From Takakia lepidozioides (Eukaryota; Plantae; Bryophyta), in NCBI GenBank assembly GCA_030704615.1, contig CM060732.1:83146692-83210691 (forward strand): DNA of 64,000 nucleotides. Reading direction: 5' to 3'. Position numbers and translations under genes: made by a program. This document shows positions 49,521 through 61,491 of this stretch, piece after piece; within the stretch, counting starts at the first letter, position 1, and each line of letters begins with the position of its first letter. The notes beneath the pieces were generated by a model. That model had not been told where the DNA came from. It saw only the letters and a program-made list of their open reading frames with translations, and ran no database searches.

Positions 49521-50559
49521 TGAGTTACAGCTGGAAACTCTTAAAAGTTGAAATTATACAAGGAATAGTTTGTATTATATGTCAAGAGACTAGGTGATAT
49601 GACTGGCTATTCATGCATGCCGACTGATAGGAGCTGTATGGGGGTATCGAAGCTTTTCGGCTGCCCCAGCTCTTTCTAGTTTCAACTGTCAAATAGATGC
49701 CCTGTGAATCAAGGGTAGTGTAGATTTATTGATTTGCTTGGCTAATTTTTGAGCCTGGCACCATCAACACCCTTGTGAATATACCAGGACGGACATGTAG
49801 CTTGTTAGTGTATGTTCAGGTGGACCCACTGCAGCCCCTAAAGTCTTTCATCATCACCTTTAACCCTTAAAGGGTAACCAGCCCGTTTTGGGCTTTTTCA
49901 AAATGAAATCTTAGTAACTGTTTTTTTTTGTTTTTGGATGAACAGGGGACGGTGGCCCTGGATGAGCTTTATTAAGATTATTTGAAGGCAAAAAAATTGC
50001 AGACGGCATGAATTTTTGGTGACGATTTGGAAAATGTGGATGAGTGTTGCTTAAAAGCTCGGTTATGTATGGTATTTCACCATCACTCACCTGCAGCCGC
50101 TCCCGCCTCTCTCAGCCATATCGTGTGTCAGACTACATCATGTAGCCAAGCTCGACTTGGTGGATACCTAGTCCATATTGCGAAGAGTCTCAGCTGTAGT
50201 TTGTATGGAGGTTGGGTCCTGTGAGCAAACTATGATATTTGACATATTCTAGGAATATCCAGAGAATGTATCTGGGCGAAAAAATGTGCTTATGTGAGAA
50301 AAATTGCGTAACTATTGCAAATTTCTGCTCGTGTAAGCGTGACAAGCCATCTAGTACAGTTACATTGACTTCCAAGTTGCATGAGATACTCATCTGAAAA
50401 AAAAAATTGGAAATCAGCAAAATTATTAAATGCATTTTCACCAACGAAACTCTCCATAAGTTGAGTCAAATGTATATGGTATCTTATCGTGAGGTGGCGA
50501 AATGTGGAAAAAATCAAAAGGAATAATATAGGAATTTAATACTTTTACCAGGTTCCGAC

Positions 50560-51600
50560 AGCGTCAGCTCCTCCTGCAAGCCCCTTGTCAAATCCTCCCC
50601 TCTCAGCGGCATGGTATATTCCATAACCGGCGTTGGAGCCGATGAGGGAGCCGTCAGTGTAGTGGGAGTGGAACGAGGGAAATTTGGGGGGCAGCACATG
50701 GTGTTAGGATGGGAAGGGCGGAGGGAGCAGAGGGTGGGCAGGAGAAGGGTGCAGTAGCGCCTTGCTCTAGGCCTTGCTTGGGTTAATCCTAGGAAGTGAC
50801 CCAGATGGGATTATGTGGGCGGGTTGGGGGTGGATTGTGGTTTTCAGGTTGTGGGTGCTCTTTAAGAGCTGATCCAGGGTAGGGAAGGCAGTGGGTATGG
50901 AGGGATGCGTGGCATGTTGGACATGGTGGAGTAGGGTGAGGGTGGGTTCCTTGTATCGAAGGTATTTGGGGAAAGGAGGGGTGTGAGTGTACCGGAGTTG
51001 GTTAGGTTCGATAGCGGCAAGAAGTGTTACGCCAGATGGGAATTGTAGGAGGGGATGGGGGTTGTTGGGTAGTTTTTGGTGAGTGAGTAGGAGGATCGTG
51101 ACGGTCGACGGGGAGGAGTGTGCGGCCATGCGGGCCCATTGGAGAGCCTCGTGAGCAAGGGGGCCTTGGGGGGGGGGCGGTGGGCAAATCCACACCCCGT
51201 CCATGCGTGCTGGGTGGCATATCCGGTGGCTCCGAAAATGCAGTCTCGGGGGTGAGGATTGGCAAATGTTGTGAGGTCCATCGGGCATGAAAGTGCGCTG
51301 GAGTAGTATAAGTGAGTGAGTTGAAAAGAGGTGACGAGTAGGGAGAAGATATCCTGGGGGATAGTATTATGAGAAAGGGCTCGGTTAGCTTTGTCAAGGA
51401 GCGGGGTTTTTTGGGAGGGGTGTCTTGGAGGTCGTCAACTAGTCAGTTGAGCAAAGTCTTGGCGAGGTGGTTGTATTTCAGTGTCACAAGGGGGGGGTAG
51501 AGTATTTGGCCAAGAGCCAGGTTAATCTGTCATTGGGAATGAGGCCGAGGAAACGTCCATTGAAGGCGTAGATGGTGGACAAAAGAGGCCCCGGCCTCGT
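50560..51600 (-). mobile_element. Dualen/RandI-like LINE fragment: PCIF1-like methyltransferase domain followed by the start of RNase H
   Basis: TIPQDIFSLLVTSFQLTHLYYSSALSCPMDLTTFANPHPRDCIFGATGYATQHAWTGCGFAH(R)PP...HEALQWARMAAHSSPSTVTILLL (51370-51085), then PKFPSFHSHYTDGSLIGSNAGYGIY (50690-50610), which is homologous to 20890-20970. Confidence 0.75.
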
Positions 51601-52371
51601 AGAAGTGCTGATGCGACTGGCTCCTTTGAACGTGACAGAAAGAGTTATATTTGAGTACCAGTGCTTCTTAAATCGCCGCGACCCTTTCGAGGACATGTCG
51701 GATCCGAAATAACTCAACATGTTTCCATATGAATGGTGGGATTTGATTGGAGCATGAGCAAGAACATTAGCTCCATTGCAAAGCGTATTCTTGCCCAAGT
51801 GTGTTCTGCCTCATCTTGTAAGCGCAATTGGAGCAATTACTCATTTTTTCACAACAAGATATGCAACAGGTTGAATCCCGCCCACGAGAGCTGACAAATT
51901 GGTATATATGTATACAAATTGTAGACTGCTACGTGAGAAGACAGCGGATGATGCTGCTGCATGATATGAGAGGAACTGAAGACTCTGTTTCTGAGGCAGA
52001 TTCGATGAGTGACGATACTGAGTCCTCGAGGGAGTCATCCGGCTCCGACAGTGGAGATATACTAAAACTGTCAGGTGCTCTATCATCATATGGTGATGAA
52101 ATTAGGTTCGATAGTCACCGAACCTAGGTAGTCGGTGCCGATTATAAGAGAACAGTGGAATGGGATGCGGCTACCGCGGTATAACCGTGGTCCGACCGCG
52201 CCATGTGAATGCTTCTGAAGAAAATTGCAGTTGCTGTGGATAAAGAGTATTGCAGGATAGAAATTACATGTACTCGTAGTGTAAATGAAGACGAGCATAC
52301 TTGCCATGTCTATCTAACAGCTCATGAAACTCTTGCTAATGCTTAGGCTCATGATCTTTTTACTTTGAAAT

Positions 52372-52571
52372 ACCCCTATCCCGCTGTTAAATCAACAACT
52401 GTCAACAGTTCCCCCTTCTGGTGAACACATCTCCATAAATGTTTGCATAAATCGAGGGCTTTTCTCCCGTGCCCCGCGGAGGAATGTACCATCCTGTCGT
52501 TTGTGTAATCTATCATCTCTCACCATGTTCCTCACCAGATCATGAGTGATGGCATTGTGGTCGGTGTCCAG
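52372..52571 (-). pseudogene. Remnant resembling the C-terminal part of a beta-class N4C/N6A DNA methyltransferase
   Basis: DGTFLRGAREKSPRFMQTFMEMCSPEGGTV-[7-bp insertion]-VDLTAG, cf. (HPTQ)KP..L...I...S..GD.VLDPFAGSG. Confidence 0.5.
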
Positions 52572-52789
52572 CTTCGATCAGCTTTAGGTCATTGTCTTTG
52601 TGAGCTTTAGTCCTAGAATGTGAAGGGGTTTACAGGGTTAGGATAATTCAGCAGAAGGAAACATATATGAGGGGAAAAGGTTGTGCGTCTTGAGAGATCT
52701 TAATTTTCAAAAATGTTAGTTTAGTACTATCATAGTGATCTGATCAGTGAGTGGTCAGTTCGTTTGCTAAGGATTATGGTAAGGGTCCC

Positions 52790-53328
52790 ACATATCTGGA
52801 AGCATAACCGGACCATCCTATTATTTAACAAAGGTGACCCAAGCTGATCTTAGCAACTACAGGCCCATAGCCCTCGTATTCACAAGTATACTAACCACGA
52901 TGCTCTCTAACTATGGCGAACAACATCGTATTCTAAGTGACCCCCAAGAAGGTTTCCGAGCTACACGTAGCACTACCAGACAAATCCAATATATTATATC
53001 TGCTCTAGAAGACGCGAAACTTACCAAACAAGACATCTATCTCCTCTACATTGACTTTAAAAACGCATTTGGATCCTTGGACCACCCACGCTTACTCGCC
53101 ATTATGACAGATCTAGGCTACCCTACCAGCGCTATACAACTCATTGGTAATATCTATACTAACAGCACCACCGAGTACTCCGACTCCTATTATGGCTCCA
53201 CCCCTCCTATTCCCATACTGCGAGGCACTATCCAAGGTGACACACTGAGCCCCTACCTATTTATCATTTTTCTCGAACCCCTACTAAGATGGTTGGCTCG
53301 TGGCAACTTAGGATACCAGTACAAAACC
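52790..53328 (+). mobile_element. Dualen/RandI-like LINE reverse transcriptase, 5' part (split by the Gypsy insertion)
   Basis: NYRPIAL...QEGFR...LEDAK...LYIDFKNAFGSLDH...RGTIQGDTLSPYLFIIFLEPLLRWL. Confidence 0.9.
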
Positions 53329-54057
53329 TGTCGCGGCCCTTTGCCTTGAGGGCAGGGGGTCGGAACACATGAGGGGCTGCCCATGTGGTGGGGGCAGCGG
53401 CAGCGATGGGTATGGGGGGGCTGAAGCACCCTTGAGTGCCCAAGGCACTCAGGGAAGCGGAGGCGCTCACTAGGTGGAGCCCCGCACACCGGGTTGCGGT
53501 GGGGGTGGCTCCACAAGGGGTGGTGGTAGCTTAGCGGGACTTAGTGGGGGTGGCATGGGACTCACCATGGGGGCGGAGACCTCGTGGTGGGAGTCGTGGG
53601 GAGTCTTGGGACTCATCACAGTCCATAGGGGCCGTGGTGAGTGGGCCAAGACTCACCGCGACTCATCACCGGGAACCGAGGGTTTTCGTGGTGGTTCGCC
53701 ATAAAATGGCATGGCTGGTTGTGAAACCCCCGCGGACAGCTACAGAAGTATATATAGGGAGTAGTAACCCCGAGAACGGTGCAAGCCCGTTGGTGACCAA
53801 AAAACTAGTGAGTAAGCGAGCGAGCCGGAAAGCGACCAAAGAGTGGGGAGCTGTTCCGGACTGCCAACTACCAAAGGGAATTCCCGCTGGTTCCAAATCG
53901 GTGGAGGGTTCTTTGGGAGAACAAAGGGGGACCGTTATGCCCCGGTGAGCAGCCGAAGCTCCAAGTTGGCCCGGCGGCCAGGTTGGGAGTCAGGCGCGCG
54001 CATCAAAGCTAGCAACTATGACCTGAAGGGGAGCTTACCGAAGTGAGGTGCGCGACA
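53329..54057 (+). repeat. 5' LTR (729 bp)
   Basis: TGTCGCG...CGCGACA; about 19 differences from the 3' LTR counted by eye (~97% identity). Confidence 0.95.
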
Positions 54058-54059
54058 CT

Positions 54060-54071
54060 TGGTATCAGAGC
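54060..54071 (+). promoter_or_regulatory. Primer binding site, initiator tRNA-Met
   Basis: TGGTATCAGAGC 2 nt after the 5' LTR. Confidence 0.95.
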
Positions 54072-54112
54072 TTAGAGTTCAGTACGTGATTGTCCTTGGG
54101 ATTGGCCTCATC

Positions 54113-57100
54113 ATGGGGTCGGGCAAGCCAAAGCGAAAGCGGAACGGCCCAAAAGATGATGATCCCGGTGAGCCCGATGGGGGCGACGTGTCACCGAGGC
54201 GGCCGTTTGAGGAAGCGATGCATGTCTCCGAAAACGAGGCCGCTCAAGAGCTGGAGGAATCTGAGGAGTCGGAGCCCGAGGAATCCCTGAGAGCTCTGAC
54301 CGACCAACAGATGCCTCCCATGCCGGCAGCCTTTTGGGAAGGGTTGTTGGCGCAATTTGGCGGGACGTTGAAAGACGTGTTGAAGGCGGCTAATGCCACC
54401 TCCACTAAGGCAAAATTTAAGATGAAGCCTAAGGAACCCGGCACCTTCGAGGGCGTCCAAAATCAGAAGGCACTCAACACCTGGCTCCTGGAGCTAGAGC
54501 AGTACTTCCGGGCGGCCAAGTTGAGTGACGAGGACCGGGTGGAAGTGGCTCCCACCTATTTGAGGGGCTATGCTCAACAATGGTGGCAGAAACGCCTTCA
54601 CGACCGAGGTCCAAGCCCGGAAACCTTGAACTGGAGTGGGTTCAAGGAATTGATGAAGAGACAGTTTGTGCCCCTCAACGCGTCCTGGCTTGCCCGGGAC
54701 AAGATGAAGAATTTGAAGCAAACAGATGACATTCGGGGGTATGTCCAGGCTTTCAATGTGCTGTTGCTCGAAGTCGCGGACATGGCAGAACCAGAAATGG
54801 TCTTCAACTTTGTGGCGGGAATGGCCCCATGGGCCAGGCGGAAGTTGGAGGAGAAGCCACCCAAGACTTTGAACGAGGCAATTGAGAGGGCTGAATGTTT
54901 CTCGGATGTCCCTAGGGGTGAGAGACAAGGCCGTACGGAGCTGAACCACAAGAAGACCCGGCGGGAAGGTGACTCCTTCCGACCGGAAAAGAAGTGGGAT
55001 AGGCCACGCGACGACAATGGCACGTGGAAATCGAAGGGAGGGCCTTCACACGTCAAGGCGGCACCTGGTGCTTCGAAAGGAAAAGCGGGGGGAGCGGCTT
55101 ATGGCGGACAGAAGGCGACCTTTGATGGAGTGTGTTTCAATTGCGGGGAGCCCGGGCACATGGCCAAGAAGTGCACGAAACCTCGACAATTGAACATGAC
55201 TCGGGCAACCACGGAGCTGTCGGAAGATACCATCAGTCGCTTGGTGGAAGCGGTGGTCGCCAAGACTTGCAAGGTAGGCAATTATTCTTGTGAGTTGTAT
55301 CAGGAAACTGGCGCCCTGCGTAAAGGGAGTCAGTTATTGTTCGTGGATGGGATAATATCCGGAACTAACGTGTCGTTGTTGGTGGACACAGGAGCGTCGC
55401 ACTCCTTCATGACGCCGGCGGCGGCGCGAAAGTTGGGACTCCCGACAAGTGACGTGGGGGCCTCTATTGAGGTGCGTTCTGCCAAAGGAGAACCACAGTT
55501 GGCGACAAGGTTGGCGTTTGATGTTCCTCTTCAACTGGGGAGTTGGGAGGGACGTGAGAACTTCACCATCTGCGAGATCGATGGAGTGGATCTCATTTTG
55601 GGGATGACCTTTTTGAGCAAATCCGGAGCGGTCATAGATGGCCGCAAGAGAGTAGTCACGCTGCCATGTGGGAATGGTGGCGAGGTCTTACGAGTGTCGG
55701 AAACGCCCAAATCCGTGGGAGGGCGAATAAACCTTCTGTCAGCAAGGGAGTGGGTCGTGGAGGAGGCACACGAGCCCCAGTTTTTGCTTTACATTAGAGA
55801 AGTGAAGGGAGAAGGCGATGGGGATCCGAGCCCAGATTGGATCAAGGGGATTTTGGAGAAATACCAGGATGTGATGCCGGAGGATTTACCAAACGGCTTG
55901 CCACCGCGAAGAGGAGTTGACCACAAGATTGAGGTGATACCGGGATCGGAACCGCCTGCCAAGGCACCCTACCAGTTGAGCCACAGAGAGTTGGTCGAGC
56001 TGAAGACTCAGCTCAAAGATCTAATGTCAAAGGGGTACATCCAGCCGAGTAAGTCACCTTACGGAGCCCCGGTGCTATTTGCAGATAAAAAGGATGGGAC
56101 GCTGCGGATGTGTGTCGATTACAGGGCTCTGAATAAGGTGACTATAAAAAACCGGTACCCTTTGCCAAGGATCGACGACCTCTTCGATCGGTTGGCAGGA
56201 GCGAAGTATTTCAGCCGGATCGACTTGCGCTCCGGCTATCATCAAATTCGGGTCGCGGAAGGAGATGAGGAGAAGACCGCGTGCAGGACAAGGTATGGTT
56301 CATATGAGTTCTTGGTGATACCTTTTGGGCTCACCAATGCACCAGCGACATTTAGCACGCTGATGAACAGCCTTTTTCAGGAATGGTTGGATGACTTTGT
56401 GATCGTGTACATCGACGACATCTTGGTGTACTCGAAAACAAAGGATGAACACCTGGAGCACCTGAAAAGGGTGTTCCAAAAATTGCGGAGGTAGTCGAAA
56501 ATTCTTGATGTTCAACCAGACCTCCGTGCCTGCCTCAAACTTAACTTCCCTCCGCTTCCGGCTGTATGCCAAAGCTTTAAAGTGCGAATTCGGGGTCACA
56601 AAAGTGGAGTTCCTGGGGCATGTGATTACACAGGATGGGATCAAAATGGATGACAGAAAGGTGAGGGCGATCTTGGACTGGGAGCCTCCGACTTCGGTCC
56701 CGGGAGTGCGATCCTTCCTAGGACTCGCCTCCTATTACCGGAAGTATGTGAGAAATTTTGCCAAGATCGCGGGGCCGTTGTCAGACCTTCTGTGTAAATC
56801 CAAAGTCTGGGTATGGAACACCTTGTGTGGCCAAGCTTTTGCTGAATTGAAGCAGCGGATGGCGGAAGCTCCAGTCTTGAAAATCCCGGAGTTCGATCGG
56901 CCGTTCGAGATTCATACAGATGCGTCGGACTTTGCGATTGGGGGTGTACTGATGCAAGATGGACGTCCAGTGGCTTACGAAAGTAAGAAACTGAACGAAG
57001 TGGAGCGACGGTGGCCGACGCACGAGAAAGAGATGAAGGCGGTGGTGCACTATCTTGAGCTTTGGCGCCACTATGTTGGTTCCAACCCAATGAAGGTGTT

Positions 57101-60100
57101 CACGGACAATGTTACGGTGAAGTATTTTGCCACGCAACCCAAGTTGTCCCCAAAACAACTTAGGTGGCAAGATACTTTGGCGGTGTTTGACGTGGATATC
57201 CAATACAAACCGGGACGTGACAATGTGGTGGCCGATGCTTTAAGTAGAAAGCAGCAGCTCCTGTTGGTGTACAGGGGCGAGACGACGCTCCAAAGGAAGA
57301 TCCCGAAGGCTTGCCAGAAGGATGAGCTAGCGAAGTCCGTGATGCAGGACTTGAGGAGGGGGGTTAAATCGCAATTCCACTTGCAAAATGGACTGCTCCG
57401 GTATAAGCAAAAGCGTCTCTACGTGCCAAAGGGAGGGATCAGAGATAGTCTCTTGAGAGAATGCCATGATAGCCCGCTTGCGGGCCACGGCGGAGGCAAG
57501 CGCACTGCGGCACTCTTGAAGAAAGAGTATTTCTGGCCCAAACTGAGAGAGGAGGCAGAGGAGTATGTCAAGACATGCACCACATGCCAACAAAACCGGA
57601 GCGAGTACAAAAAGCAAGCGGGGCTGTTACAACCCTTGCCGATTCCAGAGGGGACTTGGGAAAGCGTCTCGATGGATTTCATGACTGTTATGCCGCTGTC
57701 AAAAGGATTCGATGCAATCATGGTGGTGGTGGATAGGTTCAGTAAAATGGGCCATTTCATCCCCACCAAGGAGATGGCAACGGCGCAAGAGACAGGGCGA
57801 CTTTACTTCGTCCACATCTTAAAACATCATGGAGTCCCGAAGGATATTGTCTCGGACCGCGATCCAAAGTTTACGAGTAAATTTTGGAGGACACTTTGGA
57901 AGAAGATGGGGACGAGGCTGAAGATGAGCACCGCCTTCCGACCTACGACCGACGGCCAAACGGAAAGAGTGAATTCCGTAGTGAAGCAGATCTTGCAGAA
58001 TTACGTGTCGGCAGACCAATCAGACTGGGTGGAACACTTAGACGCAGTAGAGTTCTGTTATAATAACACAGAACACTCCGCAACGGGAGTTTCCCCTTTC
58101 GTATTGGTCTATGGAAAAGCACCTCTGGTGCCGACAAGTTGGGCCGCCCAGGACGTTGAGGAACTGGCAGTAGCGGCGGTACTGGAAGAACGCGAGCGTT
58201 TGTTGACGCTCGCAAAGTACAACATTGCCAAAGCTAGGAAACGGTATGAAAGGCAGGCGAATCGGAAGCGGAGGGAAGTGAAGTTTGAGGCAGGCACGGA
58301 GGTCTGGTTGAACATCAAGAATTTCCGACTACCTCCGGAAGTGAGTCCAAAGTTCGTACCTCCGTATGCGGGACCCTTTCGCATCCGGAAGGTTATGAAT
58401 GAGGATGTGTATGAATTGGAGCTGCCGGCAAACAGCAAGGTGCATCCAGTATTTCACGTCTCCCTTTTGAAGCCTTACTTCAAAGATGAAGCGCGTCCGA
58501 ATCGGCATCAAGTGTTGCGTCCGCCACCTATGCTGTTGGATCATGAAAATGAACCTGAGTACGAGGTGGAGGCAGTACTTAAGTCGAGGAGGTTCAAGAA
58601 CCGAGAAACGGAGTATCTCGTCAAATGGAAGGGCTATCATCATGTGGAGGTTCATCCAACCCGCATCATGCGGTAAACGTGGGTAACACCTGGAAACACC
58701 TACCTTACGCTACCAATTTCCACAGTACATTGTGGAACAGTACAGCTGACTCCGAGGAAGTACTATTATTCCTCGGCACATGCAAATTTCCATACCTAAC
58801 AGAATTTGGGAACCATAAATCTGTCTCATTTGCACAAGAGATGCATGAGACAAAGTTCTATATCCAGTTGGAGGACGAGTACATGAGTAAGGTTAATGAC
58901 TGGATAGCTTATTGGCAAAAAGCTTGCAGAGATTTGGAGTGGGTGGGTGGAGAGAATTTAAATTTCACGAAAAAAGGTTCTAAAATCCAAAATCCAAAAT
59001 TATGATCCGTCTGTTTCGACTTCGAACAAATGGCCCAAAGTAAATGACAGTGACATCTACAATACCATTGAAGCTATCAATGAGAAAGGCGAGACAATCA
59101 ATGGATTGTCTGTCAATGCGGGAGACTTTGTAGCTAGAAGGATCACTAGATTACGGAAAGACTTTTTCTCCTTTGGTCAAAATCACCTCTCTACCAGTTT
59201 TCATTGCCTTAATAGCCGTATACGATTATCATATCCATTAGCTAGATGTATAAATTGCTTTCTGAAATCTATATTCAACAACCCCCAAGTTATGTCCTAC
59301 AACTTTTAAACACGAGGCCAAAGTGTGCAGATTGTTGAAAACTTTGTATGGTTTGAAACAGAGTCCACAAATGTGGCATGAGAGGTGTTGGAATTATGTC
59401 CAATCATTCTAACATACGTGAGCCACAATATTCATTAGAGTCTTAGGATATATCACAAAACATCGAGAGAGTATTCATTGAGAGAGCGACAACTCACTGT
59501 CTTGTCTCTTGAGTCTAGTGCATCACCTTCATGCATAACTACCACTAGCTATAGAGAAGTGTTCGTCACTTTCCCCATACCCCTTTCTTCTTCAATGAAA
59601 CCCGATGCACCCTCCTTGCTCATGTGCGATACTCAATTCAAGTATCGTTGATCGACTTCTCAACACTACAACAGAACGCGGTATATCTGACTGCCAGGCC
59701 GCGGTAGTCATGGTTTTCCTGACTTTGACCATGACTTCCCTGTATTTTTGGACCAAATGGGGCTTCACGTAGTCGTTGAAATGACTGCGTGACTACGTAG
59801 TCCTCTAGGTGACTACGTTGGTAGACTTCGTCATGACTACATGGCTCCGCACTAGCCGAAAGGTTGGTCAACGATGGTTGACCAGCGTGAACTCACCACC
59901 AAATAGTCGTTGGAATGACTTATAGTGCAAGCGTGGTAGCCAAAAGGTTAAAACAATTTAAAAAGTTGCTTATAGGGTTGCTTATTAGAGGGTTGGGACT
60001 TAGCTTTTTTTCTTATTTCTCCTGCGCGGTTTCTTAGTATCGAGTTGTTGTGTCATGGAACACGATGATCGCATGATAGGACGTGGGATGGAGGCTTTGC

Positions 60101-60585
60101 ATTGAGCTACTGATGCGGGGCGAAGCGCAACTTGCACCACCACCGCAATGGGCTCTTAGCTCATGTTCGTACCGTGATGTGGTATTCTTCCTAATGTTTA
60201 CAAGGTTCTTGGGAGAGTCAGCTTGGTCTTGGCAGTCCGTGTTTCAATCGACGCCCGCTCAGCTGCACCGTGGTGGTTCTCACAGACCAATCCGACATTA
60301 CCTGACGATAGACACAAGCAGCACATACAAAAGGTCCTCTTGGGTTCATGGTTAGTCAAATCCTCCATGGGTCATGACACAAGGTTGAGGACAAATGTGG
60401 TGAGGGCACCTTCTTCTTCGATCTATTTCAGCCTGTTTTGCCCTCTCATCAGACTCGGCACGGAGCAGAGCTGACATGAGTTTGTGAAGATCCTTCACGA
60501 TTGGGTGCGTGCCTCAGAAATGGGAAACGCATCCGAGGCGGTTGCAATTTTCGAAGGGCGACCTCAAAAGTGGAAGAAGCGTTGA
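54113..60585 (+). pseudogene. gag-pol polyprotein, disrupted by insertions at 56486-56560 and ~58651-60496
   Basis: Zn knuckle [14 protein letters not shown], protease LVDTGAS, RT YIDDILV, RNase H TDASDF, integrase HHCC and GQTERVN, GPF motif, and chromodomain YEVEAVL...YLVKWKGY continuing at ~60497 as DWVRASEMGNASEAVAIF. Confidence 0.92.
58651..60496. other. ~1.85-kb patchwork insertion in the chromodomain, including an OSB-like fragment (60200-60460)
   Basis: The chromodomain halves flank it; 60200-60460 is a diverged reverse complement of 10560-10810. Confidence 0.75.
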
Positions 60586-61491
60586 TGGGGACATCAACCT
60601 TGGAGCGTGGGGGAGGAAATGCATGCTTAGCCCGGCTTAGCTAACTCAGGAATCCGATTGCAAAAACTTGTATTGTACAAAAATTTGTTATAAAGGAAAT
60701 GGGTTCCAAATGTTGTGTGTCCTATTTTGTTTGGAATGGTGATGCATGGTGTGGTTGGCTAGTGTGTAGAATGCATGCTAGCTTACAAAAGTGGGAGAGG
60801 TAAATTGGGTTAATCATGTGTTTGCGCAGTGCCGAAATCGGGTGACTCCCATCCAAGGGGCAAGGAAACATGCGCCTTCTTTGGGAGTTCACATGCTAGT
60901 GTGCACCTGGCGCGTGCGCGTACTATAACTGTGCTACCGAGGTGGTTGCTTTGTAGTGCGGGCTAACGCGGAAGCTATGTGATTCCGTTCACGTACTATA
61001 ATCGTGTAGCCTCGGGACGAAGTCGTAGTGCGGCTTCGACGTGTTCCCGTACCTCAGGCCAGCATTCCAAGACGGACCCAATTGTAGTGATTTGGGCGCA
61101 CGGTTGGTTCAAGGTTATCTTCCTAGTCAAAGGGGGTTTGAGGTGAACCCTTGTGCAAAGTGATGCCAAAAGCGGCATCAGGAGCGATCGCAAGCAATGT
61201 TGTTGCAGTAAGGCGATTCGATCCTCGGGGAGGATCGTTCCTTGACCTTGAAGAAGGCCAAGAAGAGTGCACTGGGAGGAGCTTGAGAGGCTCCACCCTT
61301 GGCCGGGACTTGGAGGAAGTCGGCCGAACTAGCTAGTGGAGAGTAGAGTCAAGTGTGGGGTTTGGTTCTTTGCCATGGGACGCCTTGGTACGGAAACAAA
61401 CTCCTTGATGTGGGACGCCACAACTTGGATGTTCGTTTCTACAAAATGGACAAGTCGATGAGGACATCGACTCCCTGTTGGTAAAGGTGTG

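Noticed and set aside
49859-49880. piggyBac-like terminus TTAA-CCCTT
   Set aside because: No matching opposite terminus or piggyBac transposase found in the window
53474-54046. ORFs within the LTRs (also at 13.3-14.1 kb and 61.3-62.2 kb)
   Set aside because: GC-rich LTR sequence with frames that differ between copies; no domain signal
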